From the NCBI RefSeq assembly GCF_006345805.1, contig NC_043013.1, forward strand, positions 52,266,001 to 52,330,000: 64,000 bases of DNA, written 5' to 3'. Numbering within the stretch: position 1 is the first letter of the stretch; each line of letters begins with the position of its first letter. A model generated the notes under the pieces. The model did not search any database. It was not told the origin of the DNA and saw only the letters and a program-made list of their open reading frames with translations. This document shows, in pieces, positions 52,501 through 63,645 of the stretch. The position numbers and the translations under genes were made by a program. The stretch is from Octopus sinensis. Lineage: Eukaryota.

Positions 52501-52650
52501 GCGCCCAGTACACTCTGTTAGGAAGGGCATGAAGCTGTAGAACCCATGCCAAAACAGACACGGAGCGTGAAGAGCCTTTCAACTGGTCAGCTCCTGTCAA
52601 ACCGTCCAACCCATGCCAGCATGGGAAACAGACATTAAATGATGATGATA
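52500..52650 (+). mobile_element. Diverged RTE 3' tail preceded by a minisatellite
   Basis: GTTAGGAAGGGCAT..CCAACCCATGCCAGCATGG..TTAAAT(GAT)n. Confidence 0.7.
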
Positions 52651-52689
52651 TTATAGAAAGCTCCTTTCTTCACTTTTGTAAATTTCTGT

Positions 52690-53190
52690 ATTGATTATAA
52701 AGTCTTGCATATTCCAACTTGACTCGTTTTTTCCTACTACGAGGCCCTACTTTCATCCAGATACAACAAAAGATGTCCTTTCTGGTTTTGCGAAACCCAA
52801 CTTCTTAAGATTGGCACTGAGGTAGTTAGTTACATACCCATGTACCCCAATAAATTACAGATATACATCTAAACCTATATTTAAATTAACACCCAGTTTG
52901 GCAAAGTGATTACCACTATTGTGCACCTTTACTTTTCTCTCTCCCAGATCATCATGTCTGGTCTGAGGGTTTCACAAGAATGTTCCGCCAGTAGTCTTTA
53001 ATTCTATCTGTGAGTTTGCCCTCCACATCACTGGAAGTTCTAATATTTTTGCCTTGAGGACTGTACTTCCTACAGCATATATTGTATTGTGTTTTTGGTC
53101 ATGGTATCGTACTTTATAGGTTGACAACATAATGATGACATTTTTGGACAGCTACTTAATACAGGCGTGGCATTTTCAAGGTAAATTTCA
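52690..53190 (-). mobile_element. Degenerate C-terminus of an RLE-type (R4/NeSL-like) non-LTR retrotransposon
   Basis: Across frameshifts: VLSSCPKMSS, YW.NI.VK, RPDMMIWEREK, IIGVHGYV..NLKKLG, ICKT. Confidence 0.6.
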
Positions 53191-53661
53191 CAGAATCTGC
53201 TTCAGTTGTTGCATCCAGGGTTTAAGAACCGTGGTTGGTGTAATTGACTTACTCCCTTCCCTAAAATCCTGGCCTTGTGCAAAAATTTGAAACCAATGTG
53301 TGTGTATGTGTGTGTGTGTGCAAGGTGGTCAAATTGTTACTGCACTGGAAACAAAGCTTAGAGGCATTTCATCTGCCTTTACATTCTGAGGTCAAATTTG
53401 GGGTTGATAAAATAAAGAGCATTTGAGCACTGCGGTTGATGTAATCGATTTAAGCCCTTCCCTGGAAATTGCTGGCCTTGTGCCAAAATTTGAAACAGCC
53501 AATACGTGTGTGTGTGTGTGTATGCATATGTATTTCATATGTGATTGTGTATACATGATTAAACAAGGAGTCTCAAACGGAGAATTTCTGAAATGTCTTA
53601 TGAATTTTCATGGTACTAATTGAATGTGCATGTGTATGTATGTGTGCACATGCATGCACAC

Positions 53662-53698
<37 letters not shown>

Positions 53699-53829
53699 TA
53701 TATGTATATAATGTTTTCTCTTTCTGATGGAGATATGCTGTGACTGCAAAGACCTGACAAATAATGTGAGTTCATGTCTGCTACCTGCACCAGTTTCGCA
53801 TAACCCCAGCCCATCCAAAGTACCTTGGA

Positions 53830-54210
53830 TTGCAGAACGACCTGCTGTGCTTACCTTGGATCATAGGGTGACCTGCTGTGCTTGAGGAGACCTATTGAGT
53901 CAAGTACATCAACATCAAAATAAATATCAAATGGAAATTGTAGTTGTGATACCTGGCCGGTGGCACGTAAAAAGCACCTACCGATCATGGCCACTGCCAG
54001 CCTCCCCTGGCACCTGTGCTGGTGGCATGTAAAAAGCACCTACTACACTCACGGAGTGGTTGGCATTAGGAAGGGCATCTAGCTGTAGAAACACTGCCAG
54101 ATCAGACTGGAGCCTGGTGCAGCCTCCTGGCTTCCCAGACCCCGGTCGAACCATCCAGCTCATACTAGCATGGAAAACGGACGTTAACGATGATGATGAT
54201 GATGATGATT
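53830..54210 (+). mobile_element. RTE 3' UTR and tail
   Basis: 3' UTR modules (GCCGGTGGCACGTAAAAAGCACC) followed by the tail and (GAT)n. Confidence 0.75.
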
Positions 54211-55925
54211 GGAATCATTGAATCTATATTGACTGATCATTAGCTCAGCTCATTAACAATGTTGTCTTTTTTAAAGGTATCTCGTTAAGAAAAGGAGTTC
54301 TTGTTCCTTTTGTCATCTTTAGCATAATCACCCACCCTTTAAATTTTCATAAATCATTGCAAATTCTTTATCGCTGCTGATGGAGTGATGCTCTGTAAAG
54401 TATGCATTATAGAATTAAGCTCATTCCCAGGAATCTAATTTCAGCAATCTGATTTCCACCCAGGTTACTACACACCCTGTTACCCCAATAATATTGGCTA
54501 TAAAACTAAAATGATATTTTGAGTACTGGACCTGCAGACTCCTCATCAATGGTTCATGGATGTTTTACTCTTTTACTCTTTTACTTGTTTCAGTCATTTG
54601 ACTGCGGCCATGCTGGAGCACCGCCTTTAGTCGAGCAAATCGACCCCGAGACTTATGCTTTGTAAGCCCAGTACTTATTCTATCGGTCTCTTTTGCCGAA
54701 CTGCTAAGTGACGGGGACGTAAACACACCAGCATCGGTTGTCAAGCAATGCTAGGGGGACAAACACAGACACACAAACATTTAAATTTAACACATTTAAT
54801 ACCATATTTACTATAGTATGGATTGAAAATGGTTGAAAATTGCTACTGTAAGTGGTTGGTTGATAGAATTAGTAACTAAATCTCTTTCAAATCACAACCT
54901 GCTATTGTAAGACAAGAAGGATCTCCCAAATAATGTAGGCTTAGATATACAAAAAGACGGAAGTTGACAATTGGAATGGCATTACTCATAAGTGTGCTCA
55001 ATCAGAGCTAACTTGGTCCTAATCAACAACAACAACAACAACAGATGGTTGTTGGTTTAATGTTACAGTTTGGCAAATATTAATAATATAATTTAGATGT
55101 TGTTGCTGGGAATGGTTTATCAGAAGAGAATTCCTGCCATAAGTGTGATTCTATTTGCTGTTGCCTGGTACTAGTTTATCTTGCAATAAATGTGATTCTA
55201 TTTGTTGCCAGGCACCAATTTATCAGTAAGAATTTCCTGCCACAATCGGAATAACTTCGTCATTATTAAGCTAATGTTTGGGATCATAAATATGAGAAAT
55301 GCTGACAGAAGATTTTAATTTACATTTTCAACCAGGAAGTTTGTCTCATGACCAAGATTGGTTCCACATGGCTTGATGTCGAAAGGGTTAAATTGTACCT
55401 GGCACGTGAGGTTCTAAGAAATAAACTGCCCATTTATGGATTTCAACTGTCTTTTGTCTCTTGGACTGGAATTTTTTTGTGGCATCATTGCAGTATATGT
55501 TACTGAGACTCGTCGTGGCACGCCCTCTGTCAACATGAATCTACCCCATTACCTCAAGGTCTGGTTTTGTCCCACAGATTCTTCTCAATATCTTCAGCAA
55601 TGTTCATCACTCTTCATTCCTTCCTAACATTTGACACATAAGCATCATCTTCATGCAAACAACACACCTAAGCTTCATTGATTCCTTCAACAGGAACTTT
55701 TAGAACATTTCCCAATGATGTCATGCCAGGATTGTCTTCTCCAACAGTAGAACCATTATTCCTATCCTTCCCTCCCTAGAATGTCATCCCTCTGGAATCC
55801 CTCCTTGGCCATGTTTTACATGCAGGCGTCAACTTGCAGCTATTAAAAGGGAGCATCAATCCTATTGGTCACACATCTCTTTTGAGTTTCTGCACTGTCT
55901 ATGGGCAGAACCCTTTCCTCTATAA

Positions 55926-56180
55926 CGGTGGTTCTCAACCATTCTTTACCTATGGACCTTTCTCACCATTCGCTCTTTAAAAAATCTTGTTGTACTTTTA
56001 TAATTGAATCTTATTAGGAACTGTATAAAAAAATCGTTAAGATATTTTGTGCATATAACTGATTTTATTGCAGATAAATTTTAACAACAAAATCTTATAT
56101 GGACCCCCAAAAGCCATATGAACCCCCTAAGGGCCATATGGATCCCTAAGGGCCATATGGAACCTGGTTTAGAACCACCA
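55926..56180. mobile_element. hAT-like MITE, degraded
   Basis: CGGTGGTTCTCAACC / GGTTTAGAACCACCA ends; internal repeat CCATATG..CCCTAAGGG x3; no intact TSD. A related fragment lies at about 26090-26207. Confidence 0.55.
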
Positions 56181-56801
56181 TTCTCAATCTAGCCAATAGA
56201 AAATGTTTCACACTTTCAAATTCACTTCCAGTCCCTTAAACCTTTCGTTACTGTATTTCTGTTGAGATGTTCTGTGTTTCTTTCAATTAATTCTAAATAT
56301 AACAAAGAATTTAGTAAAATAATTTGGTTATAATTAAGCTATTGTTAGGAACATAAATTGTGACTAAGGTTTGGTGGAAGATTTTAATTCAAAACTTTTG
56401 AAAAGAAGACATTTTGTACAACAGAGCCAGAACCAGTTTCAGCCGGGTTGGTATCAAAAGGGTTAAACTTCATTTTCACATCTGTGCCATAAACAATTAA
56501 TAGTTTGGGATCCAACAAGTGCTACAGGTTGCTTTCTTTGGTTCTTCATCCCTTTATTGCAAAGTCCAGCATGTTTCTTCACATAGTCTTGTCTTCATTT
56601 ACTATTTTCACCTCTGCTTGCACAGGGCTAGACTTCATCCATTGCCTGTTTTAACAACATTATTTGGTCCTTCGATGCCTTTAGCAGAGCAGATCCACTC
56701 TGTTTAAAACATCCAGATCATACCGTTCTGTATTTAAGAGATGAAGTATTGTGTACATTATTTACATTCAACGGATATTTGTCCTCATCTTGTTTGTTGT
56801 T

Positions 56802-56847
56802 AACACAATGTTTCGGCTGATATACTCTCCAGCCTTCATCAGGTGTC
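56802..56847 (-). ncRNA. Hammerhead-like motif, stem III mutated
   Basis: GACAC CUGAUGA A GGCUG..CAGCC GAAA CA UU GUGUU: core and stems I and II intact, C-A mismatch in stem III. Confidence 0.5.
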
Positions 56848-56899
56848 TTGGGGAAATTTCAAACCTGGATTCTCATTCCTAAAGTATTTTTCGATGTTG

Positions 56900-56944
<45 letters not shown>

Positions 56945-57226
56945 TCACTGCCTGGAATCGAACTCAGAATCTTGGGGTTAGTAGCCCATGCTGTTAACCA
57001 CTACTTTCTGCCTCCCATCCCTCCCTCCCTCCCTTCCTCTCCCTCCCTTCAGGCTCAGTGGCCCTGTGAGGGGTTGATGGGTGCTACCTTCTCTCCTCAA
57101 TAAACATTAAAATAAACAAAAGCTCTTTTCACTCCCACTCACTGATCACACTCCCACTCGCTTTTCTCACTCCCACTCACTGACTACACTCTTACACTTA
57201 ACGTTTACGTTCTCATCTCTTTGCAG

Positions 57227-59073
57227 GACGACCTCATGAGTCACTCAACTTGGAACTCAACAGAAACAATGGAGCTATTTCACAAACTGTTAACTCTTAC
57301 AATGCATTTCATCCAGGACGTTATTTCCATGCAAATAATCATTATCACCATCATCAGCAACAGCAGCAACAACACCAACACCAACAGCCACAACATCAAC
57401 AACAACAACAACAGCTGCACCAACAAGTCCGTAAACCTTTGGTGGGTCTTGGTGCTTCCTATAATCGTGGTAATCAGGTGCCCGTGACAGAGAACAACTG
57501 CAACCAGCGTAGACCCAAAGTAATTACTGTGGTTCGTTATGGATCTTACCCAAGGAACACCATTAAAATGTTCCTTAATCGTCAAACGATTCAGTCTTTT
57601 GAACAAATTATGGGAGACATATCAGAATCTTTTGGTGCCAAATGGCAAAACAAAAGATTCCACAGATTGCTTTCTTTACGTGGTAAACAAGTCCATGGCA
57701 TCAATGATTTTTTTCGTGAAGACGATGTGTTCTTAGCGGTTGGTAATGAGCAGATATGCGATGGCGATATACAAGACATTATACAAGAACTCTACCCTAA
57801 TAGTCCGTATGCTAAAAGTCTTTTGAAACAATGGCAGAAGACGAAGAGGCGCCATTTAGTTCATGACGTTAAATACAAGTCGGAAAAACTCGATAGTGGT
57901 TTCGGTAGCAGCGAAAGCAGCAAGAAGGTTATCATGAATGATTACATATCTTCCAGTGATGCCAGAACCCCTGCATATTCTACAGAATTGGCCAGCAGCA
58001 GATTGAATCCAGGAAAGAATTTCCGGATGATGCTGAAAGCTGATAGATTTAAAGATCGAGTGTTATACGAAGAGGATGTTGAAGTGAGGAAGCGCCAGAA
58101 GAAAATGGTTGAGGGCAATAAGGGTTTTTCGGTCAGAAACAACAAGAACAACAAGAATAATGATAACAGCAGTGACAACAACAACAACATCAGTGGTGTA
58201 GGTGGTGGTGGTGGTGGTGGTGGTGGTGATGATGGCAAAGGGAGCAGAGGAGGAAGAAAAATCAGATGTGATGGAGACAAGGATGCTGACAATAATAACA
58301 AAAACAAGACAATGAGGGTCAAGAAGGGCTGCCAGGATAAATCGGTGAACATTGCGAACGAAGACAAAGAAAATTTGGTCAAGCCATTGGTCAACAACGA
58401 TGTGTTAATTGAGACAATGTCGAAGCTAATGGCAAAAATTTCGTCTACAGATCTCACCAGCCTCTCCATCACTGACCTTGCATCTGATGACAACCTCCCC
58501 CCTTATGTCATTCACAACTACAACAACAACACAGCCAATACCAACACTAAAGCCAGAATGTCTCCTCCTACCACTATTTCTTTCACAGCTTTGACTACTA
58601 CTGTTACTACTACTGCTGTGGCTGATATTACTACTACTACTACTACGACTACTACTACTACCAAGACCCCTGCAGCAGTTACTGCTACTATCTCCGTTTC
58701 AAACACAACCCCCAACATGTTGTCATCGTCCAATGAAATGAAGACCGATCAGCTGTCTGAGCTTGAACCCTTTCCAGCCAGGAAATCGAAACTGGGGTAC
58801 CAAGTATTGAACAACGACATCCTGGATAGGTACTACCTTGGCAGGACATTGGGTTATGGTAACTTTGCTGAGGTGCGAGAAGCCAAGCGAAAGCAGGGTC
58901 TGCCCTGCGAAGTAGCCATGAAGATCATCGACAAGAACAAAATAATCGGTAAAGAACGAATGGTAGAGAATGAGATTTGTATTCTGACCGTCTGTAGACA
59001 TAGCAACATCGTCAAACTGTATGAAGAGTTTGAAACTCCAGATAGGATTTACTTAGCTATGGAATTAGTAAAG
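57227..59073 (+). CDS. DCLK3: DCLK3-like kinase, large exon: polyQ/H region, second DCX domain, low-complexity linker, kinase subdomains I-V
   Basis: DCX: RPKVITVVRYGSYPRNTIKMFLNRQTIQSFEQIMGDISESFG..DFFREDDVFLAVG..IQELYP, which resembles the DCLK3-type DCX domain as I recall it. Kinase: YYLGRTLGYGNFAEV, VAMKIIDK, GKERMVENE, HSNIVKLYE, IYLAMELVK. Acceptor TTGCAG|GA; donor AAG|GTAAGT at 59074, phase 0. Confidence 0.9.
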
Positions 59074-59092
59074 GTAAGTAGCTTCATGCTTT

Positions 59093-59142
<50 letters not shown>

Positions 59143-59260
59143 CTCTTTTTTTTTTACTCTTTTACTTGTTTCAGTCATTTGACTCTGGCCATGCTGGAGC
59201 ACCGCCTTTAGTCGAGCAAATCGACCCCAGGACTTATTCTTTGTAAGACTAGTACCTATT

Positions 59261-59489
59261 TCTTTATTACCCACAAGGGGCTAAACACAGAGGGGACAAA
59301 CAAGGACAGACATAGGTATTAAGTCGATTACATCGACCCCAGTGCGTAACTGGTACTTAATTTATCGACTCCGAAAGGATGAAAGGCAAAGTCGACCTCG
59401 GCGGAATTTGAACTCACAACGTAACGCAGACGAAATACCACTAAGCATTTCGCCCGGCGTGCTAACGTTTCTGCCAGCTCGCCGCCTTA
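59261..59489 (-). mobile_element. SINE family A nested in a family B SINE, 17-bp TSD
   Basis: TSD TAAGACTAGTACCTATT at 59244-59260 and 59490-59506; family B sequence resumes on both sides (about 59150-59620). Confidence 0.9.
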
Positions 59490-59641
59490 TAAGACTAGTA
59501 CCTATTCTATTGGTCTCTTAGGCCAAAGAACTAAGTTATGGAGACATAAACACACCAGCAAAGGTCGTCAAGGAGTGGGGGGGGACAGACACACACACAC
59601 ACACACACACCAATATATACATACATACATACACACATATA

Positions 59642-59866
59642 AATAAAAGTATTTTTAGAGACAGAACCACGCTCAATTCAATCAACATTGGAAGATATTA
59701 TACCCAACCGAGCCATAAAATATTAAATATTATATTTACTATATTGAGATTCTGAATAGATATAGTGAGTATAATATTTAATATTCGATGGCTTGGTCGG
59801 GTATAATATCATCTTTCATGTTGATTGAGTTGAGCGTGGTTCTGTCTCTAAAAATACTTTTATATA
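59642..59866. repeat. Imperfect palindrome
   Basis: AAAAGTATTTTTAGAGACAGAACCACGCTCAA versus TTGAGCGTGGTTCTGTCTCTAAAAATACTTTT. Confidence 0.88.
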
Positions 59867-59949
59867 TATGAATAAAATATTGAGAGAAGTTCACTTTAGC
59901 ATCTTTAATTTGAATGTCTCATTCCTGTGGATTCGGAATTAATCTTCCC

Positions 59950-59980
<31 letters not shown>

Positions 59981-61265
59981 TATATATATATATAAATATA
60001 AATTTAAATGTGTGAAGTATTATTACCATTATAAGCAGTAATAATGAGGTGGCCAGCAAGACTTCTACCTATACAGATACAGTATAAAATTGGTGGATTT
60101 TTTGAAGCTGTTGCTTTGATTTTTAGTGGTATTTTTACAAAGAGAGTGACCACTATATGGTCGACTCTTGCTCTAAAAATAGATCCGCTATGGTATCAAC
60201 CACTAAAAAATTGTTTCCAAGGAGAATCAGCACAACTTTTAACGTAAACGAGCAGGACAAATGAAAAATAACAAAATGTAGATTAATTCTAGACAATTGT
60301 TTCACTATTAATGGATTATGCATTTTACTTACATAACATATCCATAGGTCATCAGTAGAACTTGTCTTGAATACAATTTATTAAACTGCACGCTGGGCTT
60401 CTTTCAGTCTCGGTCTACCAAATCCACTCACGAGGCTTTGGTCGGCCACACACACCCTTTGGTTTTTGTATTTCGTTTTCAGAGACAGTTGTTTACATCT
60501 GCTGTAAACATCACACTTTGTGTCCTGTTGGTTTTGTTGTGTGTGAAGATCAGGGAGATGTATGTTACTTTAAGAACAAGGCTAAGTGACAGGGAAGGCA
60601 TCCAGTTGTAGAATGCTGCCTCAGTGTATCTCTTCCAACCCATACAGCTAGCATGGAGGGGGAAAACGACATAAATATAAGGATGACGATGATATATCTA
60701 CAAAATAGGATTCTATGCAGTTTCCATCAACTAAATTTCAGTTATATTTATGATGATGATGAGGAGGAGAAGGAAGAGGAAGAGGAGGATGGTTGATTGT
60801 GTTTGTGGTGGTGGTGTTGGTGTGGATGGCTTTGAACACATCATGATAGCTATTGTTGTTGTTGATGATGATGATGTGAAGACGTTTTATGAAGACAATA
60901 ATGGTGATTGATGATGATTATGGTTGATGATTATTGTGATTGATGTTGATTATGAAGTTGCTGGATGACAACAATCATTATCAGAGTCAATGGAGGTGGC
61001 CATGGTCTGTTATTGTTGATGATGTTGTTGATGATAATTATAACGATGGTTAATATGGTGTTAATTACGAAGATGATTTTGATGACGATAATGATGACTG
61101 GTGGTGATTATGACTGATGATGATTGTTGTGATCAATGATTAATAAATTACTTAATTAGCTATGACAGTTATGAATCTTAACGAAGCTGATGATAATGAT
61201 GTTGTTGTTGTTGTTGTTGATGATTATACTGATGTCACTTCCTGCTGCTTCTCTCTCCATTGCAG

Positions 61266-61412
61266 GGAGGCGATCTATTCGATGCCATCACGCAGAGTGT
61301 GAAATTTGAAGAACCACAGTCAGCGGTAATGGTTCAAGACTTGGGCAGTGCTCTCTTTTATTTACACTCCATGGGGATTGTACACAGGGACCTGAAGCCT
61401 GAGAATCTATTG
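61266..61412 (+). CDS. DCLK3: DCLK3-like kinase exon with the catalytic loop
   Basis: 147 nt, phase 0/0: GGDLFDAITQSVKFEEPQSAVMVQDLGSALFYLHSMGIVHRDLKPENLL. Acceptor CTCTCTCCATTGCAG, donor GTAAGA. Absent from the ORF track. SVKF and HRDLKPEN favour DCLK3 over DCLK1/2 (from memory). Confidence 0.92.
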
Positions 61413-61455
61413 GTAAGATTAATTAGTCTTTAATCAATTTTATCATTATTATTAT

Positions 61456-61808
61456 TTACCTCTGCCTTAGCGAAGGCGGAGGTATTGTTTTCAGTTGTGT
61501 TTGTTTGTTTGTTCGTGGACAAGATATCTCAAGAACCGCTGGATGGATTCAGATGAAACTTTCAGGGTTGTTTGGCCTCATGACTGGCACAAATTGATTA
61601 GATTTTGGGATCGATCCAGCACTGAACAAGGATTCTGGATTATTTTCCCATTTTTTTTTCACTTAATTTCTGAGAGCAGCCGGGTTCATTTTAGCATTCT
61701 TGTCTGTGAATGCAGTTGAATTTATTACAGATATTCTCATTTTAAAAATCATCTCTGGCTAATCGTTGAGAAGATGTTGGTGGAGTTTGTGCTCTCTGAC
61801 TGCTCTTG
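61456..61808 (+). mobile_element. Helentron/DINE-1-like non-autonomous element
   Basis: TTACCTCTGCC..GGCGGAGGT short inverted repeat, (TGTT)n core and a 3' GTGCTCTCTGACTGCTC hairpin-like end. Confidence 0.65.
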
Positions 61809-61829
61809 TTGTTATTATTATTATTATTG

Positions 61830-62560
61830 TTATTATTAGGGCAGCAAGCAGGCAGAATTGTTAGCATGCTGGGCAAAATGCTTAGTGGTATTTCATCTTC
61901 TGCTACGTTCTGAGTTCAAATTCCACCGAGGTCAACTTTGCCTTTCATCTTTTCGGAGTTGATAAATTAAGTACCAGTGAAACACTGGGGTCAATGTAAT
62001 TGACTAGTCCCCTCTCCCCGAATTTCAGGCCTTGTGCCTTTAGAAGGAAGGGTTATTATTATTAAGGTGATGAGCTGGCACAATCATTTGCATGTCAAGC
62101 AAAATGCTTTGTGGCTTTTTCTTTGTCTTAATGTTCTGAGTTCAAATGCTGCTGGGGTCGACTTTGGCTTTCATCCTTTCGGGGTCAATAAAGTACCAGT
62201 TTAACACTGGGGTTGATATAATCAACTTACCTCCCCCTCCCCTGAAATTGCTGGCCTTGTGTCAAAATTTGAAACCATTATTATTCTTATCATTATTATA
62301 ATTATTTTCATTATCATCATCATCATCATCATCACAATCATTATCATCATCAACATCATCATCATCATTGTCGTTATTATTAAGGTAGCGAGCTGGCAGA
62401 ATCGTTAGTACACTGGACAAAATGCTTAGCAGTATTTCATCTATCTTTGTGTTCTGAGTTCAAATTCCACTGAGGTCAGTTTTGCCTTTCATCCTTTCGG
62501 AGTCGATAAATTAAGTACCAGTTATGCACTGGGGTCGATGCAGTACTTGTGTCTACAGTA
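61830..62560 (+). mobile_element. Three tandem older family A copies separated by (TAT)/(CAT) repeats
   Basis: Heads at about 61838, 62063 and 62381, each with the GAGTTCAAAT and CATCCTTTCGG core. Other diverged copies at about 1450, 20980, 51130 and 53330. Confidence 0.75.
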
Positions 62561-62819
62561 GAAAGGATTGTTATTATTATGAAGCTGTTGATGGTGATAA
62601 AGTAGTAGTTAATATCATGCAGCTTTTCCAAGTAGGAACATGTAGCCCACATGACAACAAGCTGCTACATGTGGCATAACATTGTTAGTTTTACTGTAGA
62701 ACAAACCCCTTCCCACCTTCTCACCCCTCCATCATCTACCTTACTATTCATGACTCCTCCTCATGTGACCACCCCCTCCAACAATTTCTTGTTTATAAAA
62801 CAAAATAAGTTTCAGCTCA

Positions 62820-63460
62820 TTTTGTTAATTCACTGAGTTGTTACTGTAGTCCTAGGTACACTGTGCCTCATCTAGCACATCTAGGTGTTCCAGACATGGC
62901 CATCTCTTCTGATATTACACAGTCTGTTTTGGACTACATTATGTCATATGTCCTTATTGTTTAGCCATAGGTCAGCCCTGATCTACTAGATTAAAGCAGT
63001 CCAGATATGACCATCCCATTTTGTATTCAGACATTAGTGTATCTAACAAGACATTACTGTATTGTGTATTATTGTTTAGCCCTAGGCCAGACCTGACCAT
63101 ACCAGCAGGTGTTCCAAATATGATCATCCCATCTTTCATCCAGGCATAGTCAATCTAAGACTACAATATCTAATGTGTCCCTCTTTGCTACTGTATAACC
63201 CCAGGTCAATCTTTATCCAGCAGATCTAGATGTTCCATATGTGACCAACTCATCTTTTATTCAGGCTTTACACAGTGTATCTAGCACTATATTATCTTTA
63301 ACCCTAGGTCAGTCCTGATCCAGAAGACCTGGCTGTTCCAGATATGACCACCTCATCTTTTATTCATAGTGTATCTAGGATTACATTAATCTCATGTGTC
63401 CATCCTTGTTGCTGTTTAACCCCAGATCAGTCTTGTTCCAGATATGACCATCCTGCCTCC
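62820..63460 (+). repeat. Six diverged 100-120-bp tandem modules
   Basis: GTTCCAGATATGACCATCC-like anchor at 62887, about 62998, 63111, 63232, 63335 and 63435. Confidence 0.75.
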
Positions 63461-63512
63461 ACCCTTTCCACTGTGTTGGCTGAAAATCTTTTGGTCTTTT
63501 GTTTGGAAACAG

Positions 63513-63645
63513 GTTTATTGGAACAAAGATGGTTTCTTGAAGCTGAAGTTGGCAGACTTTGGTTTGGCTATGGAAATAACAGAAGACATTTATACGGTGT
63601 GTGGCACACCGACATATGTGGCACCAGAGATCCTAACACAAGAAG
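63513..63645 (+). CDS. DCLK3: DCLK3-like kinase exon with DFG and APE motifs; gene continues beyond the window
   Basis: 133 nt: [45 protein letters not shown]. Acceptor AAACAG, donor GTCAGT, phase 1. Confidence 0.92.

Larger units (their letters stand above)
380..57226 (+). other. Predicted 56,847-bp phase-1 intron
   Basis: GT at 380-381; pyrimidine tract and TTGCAG acceptor ending at 57226. Joining gives ..WSF-G-RPHESLNLELNR.. in frame. No other host exon was recognised inside. Confidence 0.65.

Noticed and set aside
55420-55900. L1/Tx1-like zinc-finger fragment
   Set aside because: Only scattered Cys/His across broken frames; cannot be supported without a search.
57942-58493. 183-aa antisense ORF
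   Set aside because: Shadow of triplet repeats in the kinase exon.
59074-59211. C-terminal 46 aa of the 653-aa ORF
   Set aside because: Read-through past the GTAAGT donor into (TA)n and a SINE; the kinase continues at 61266.
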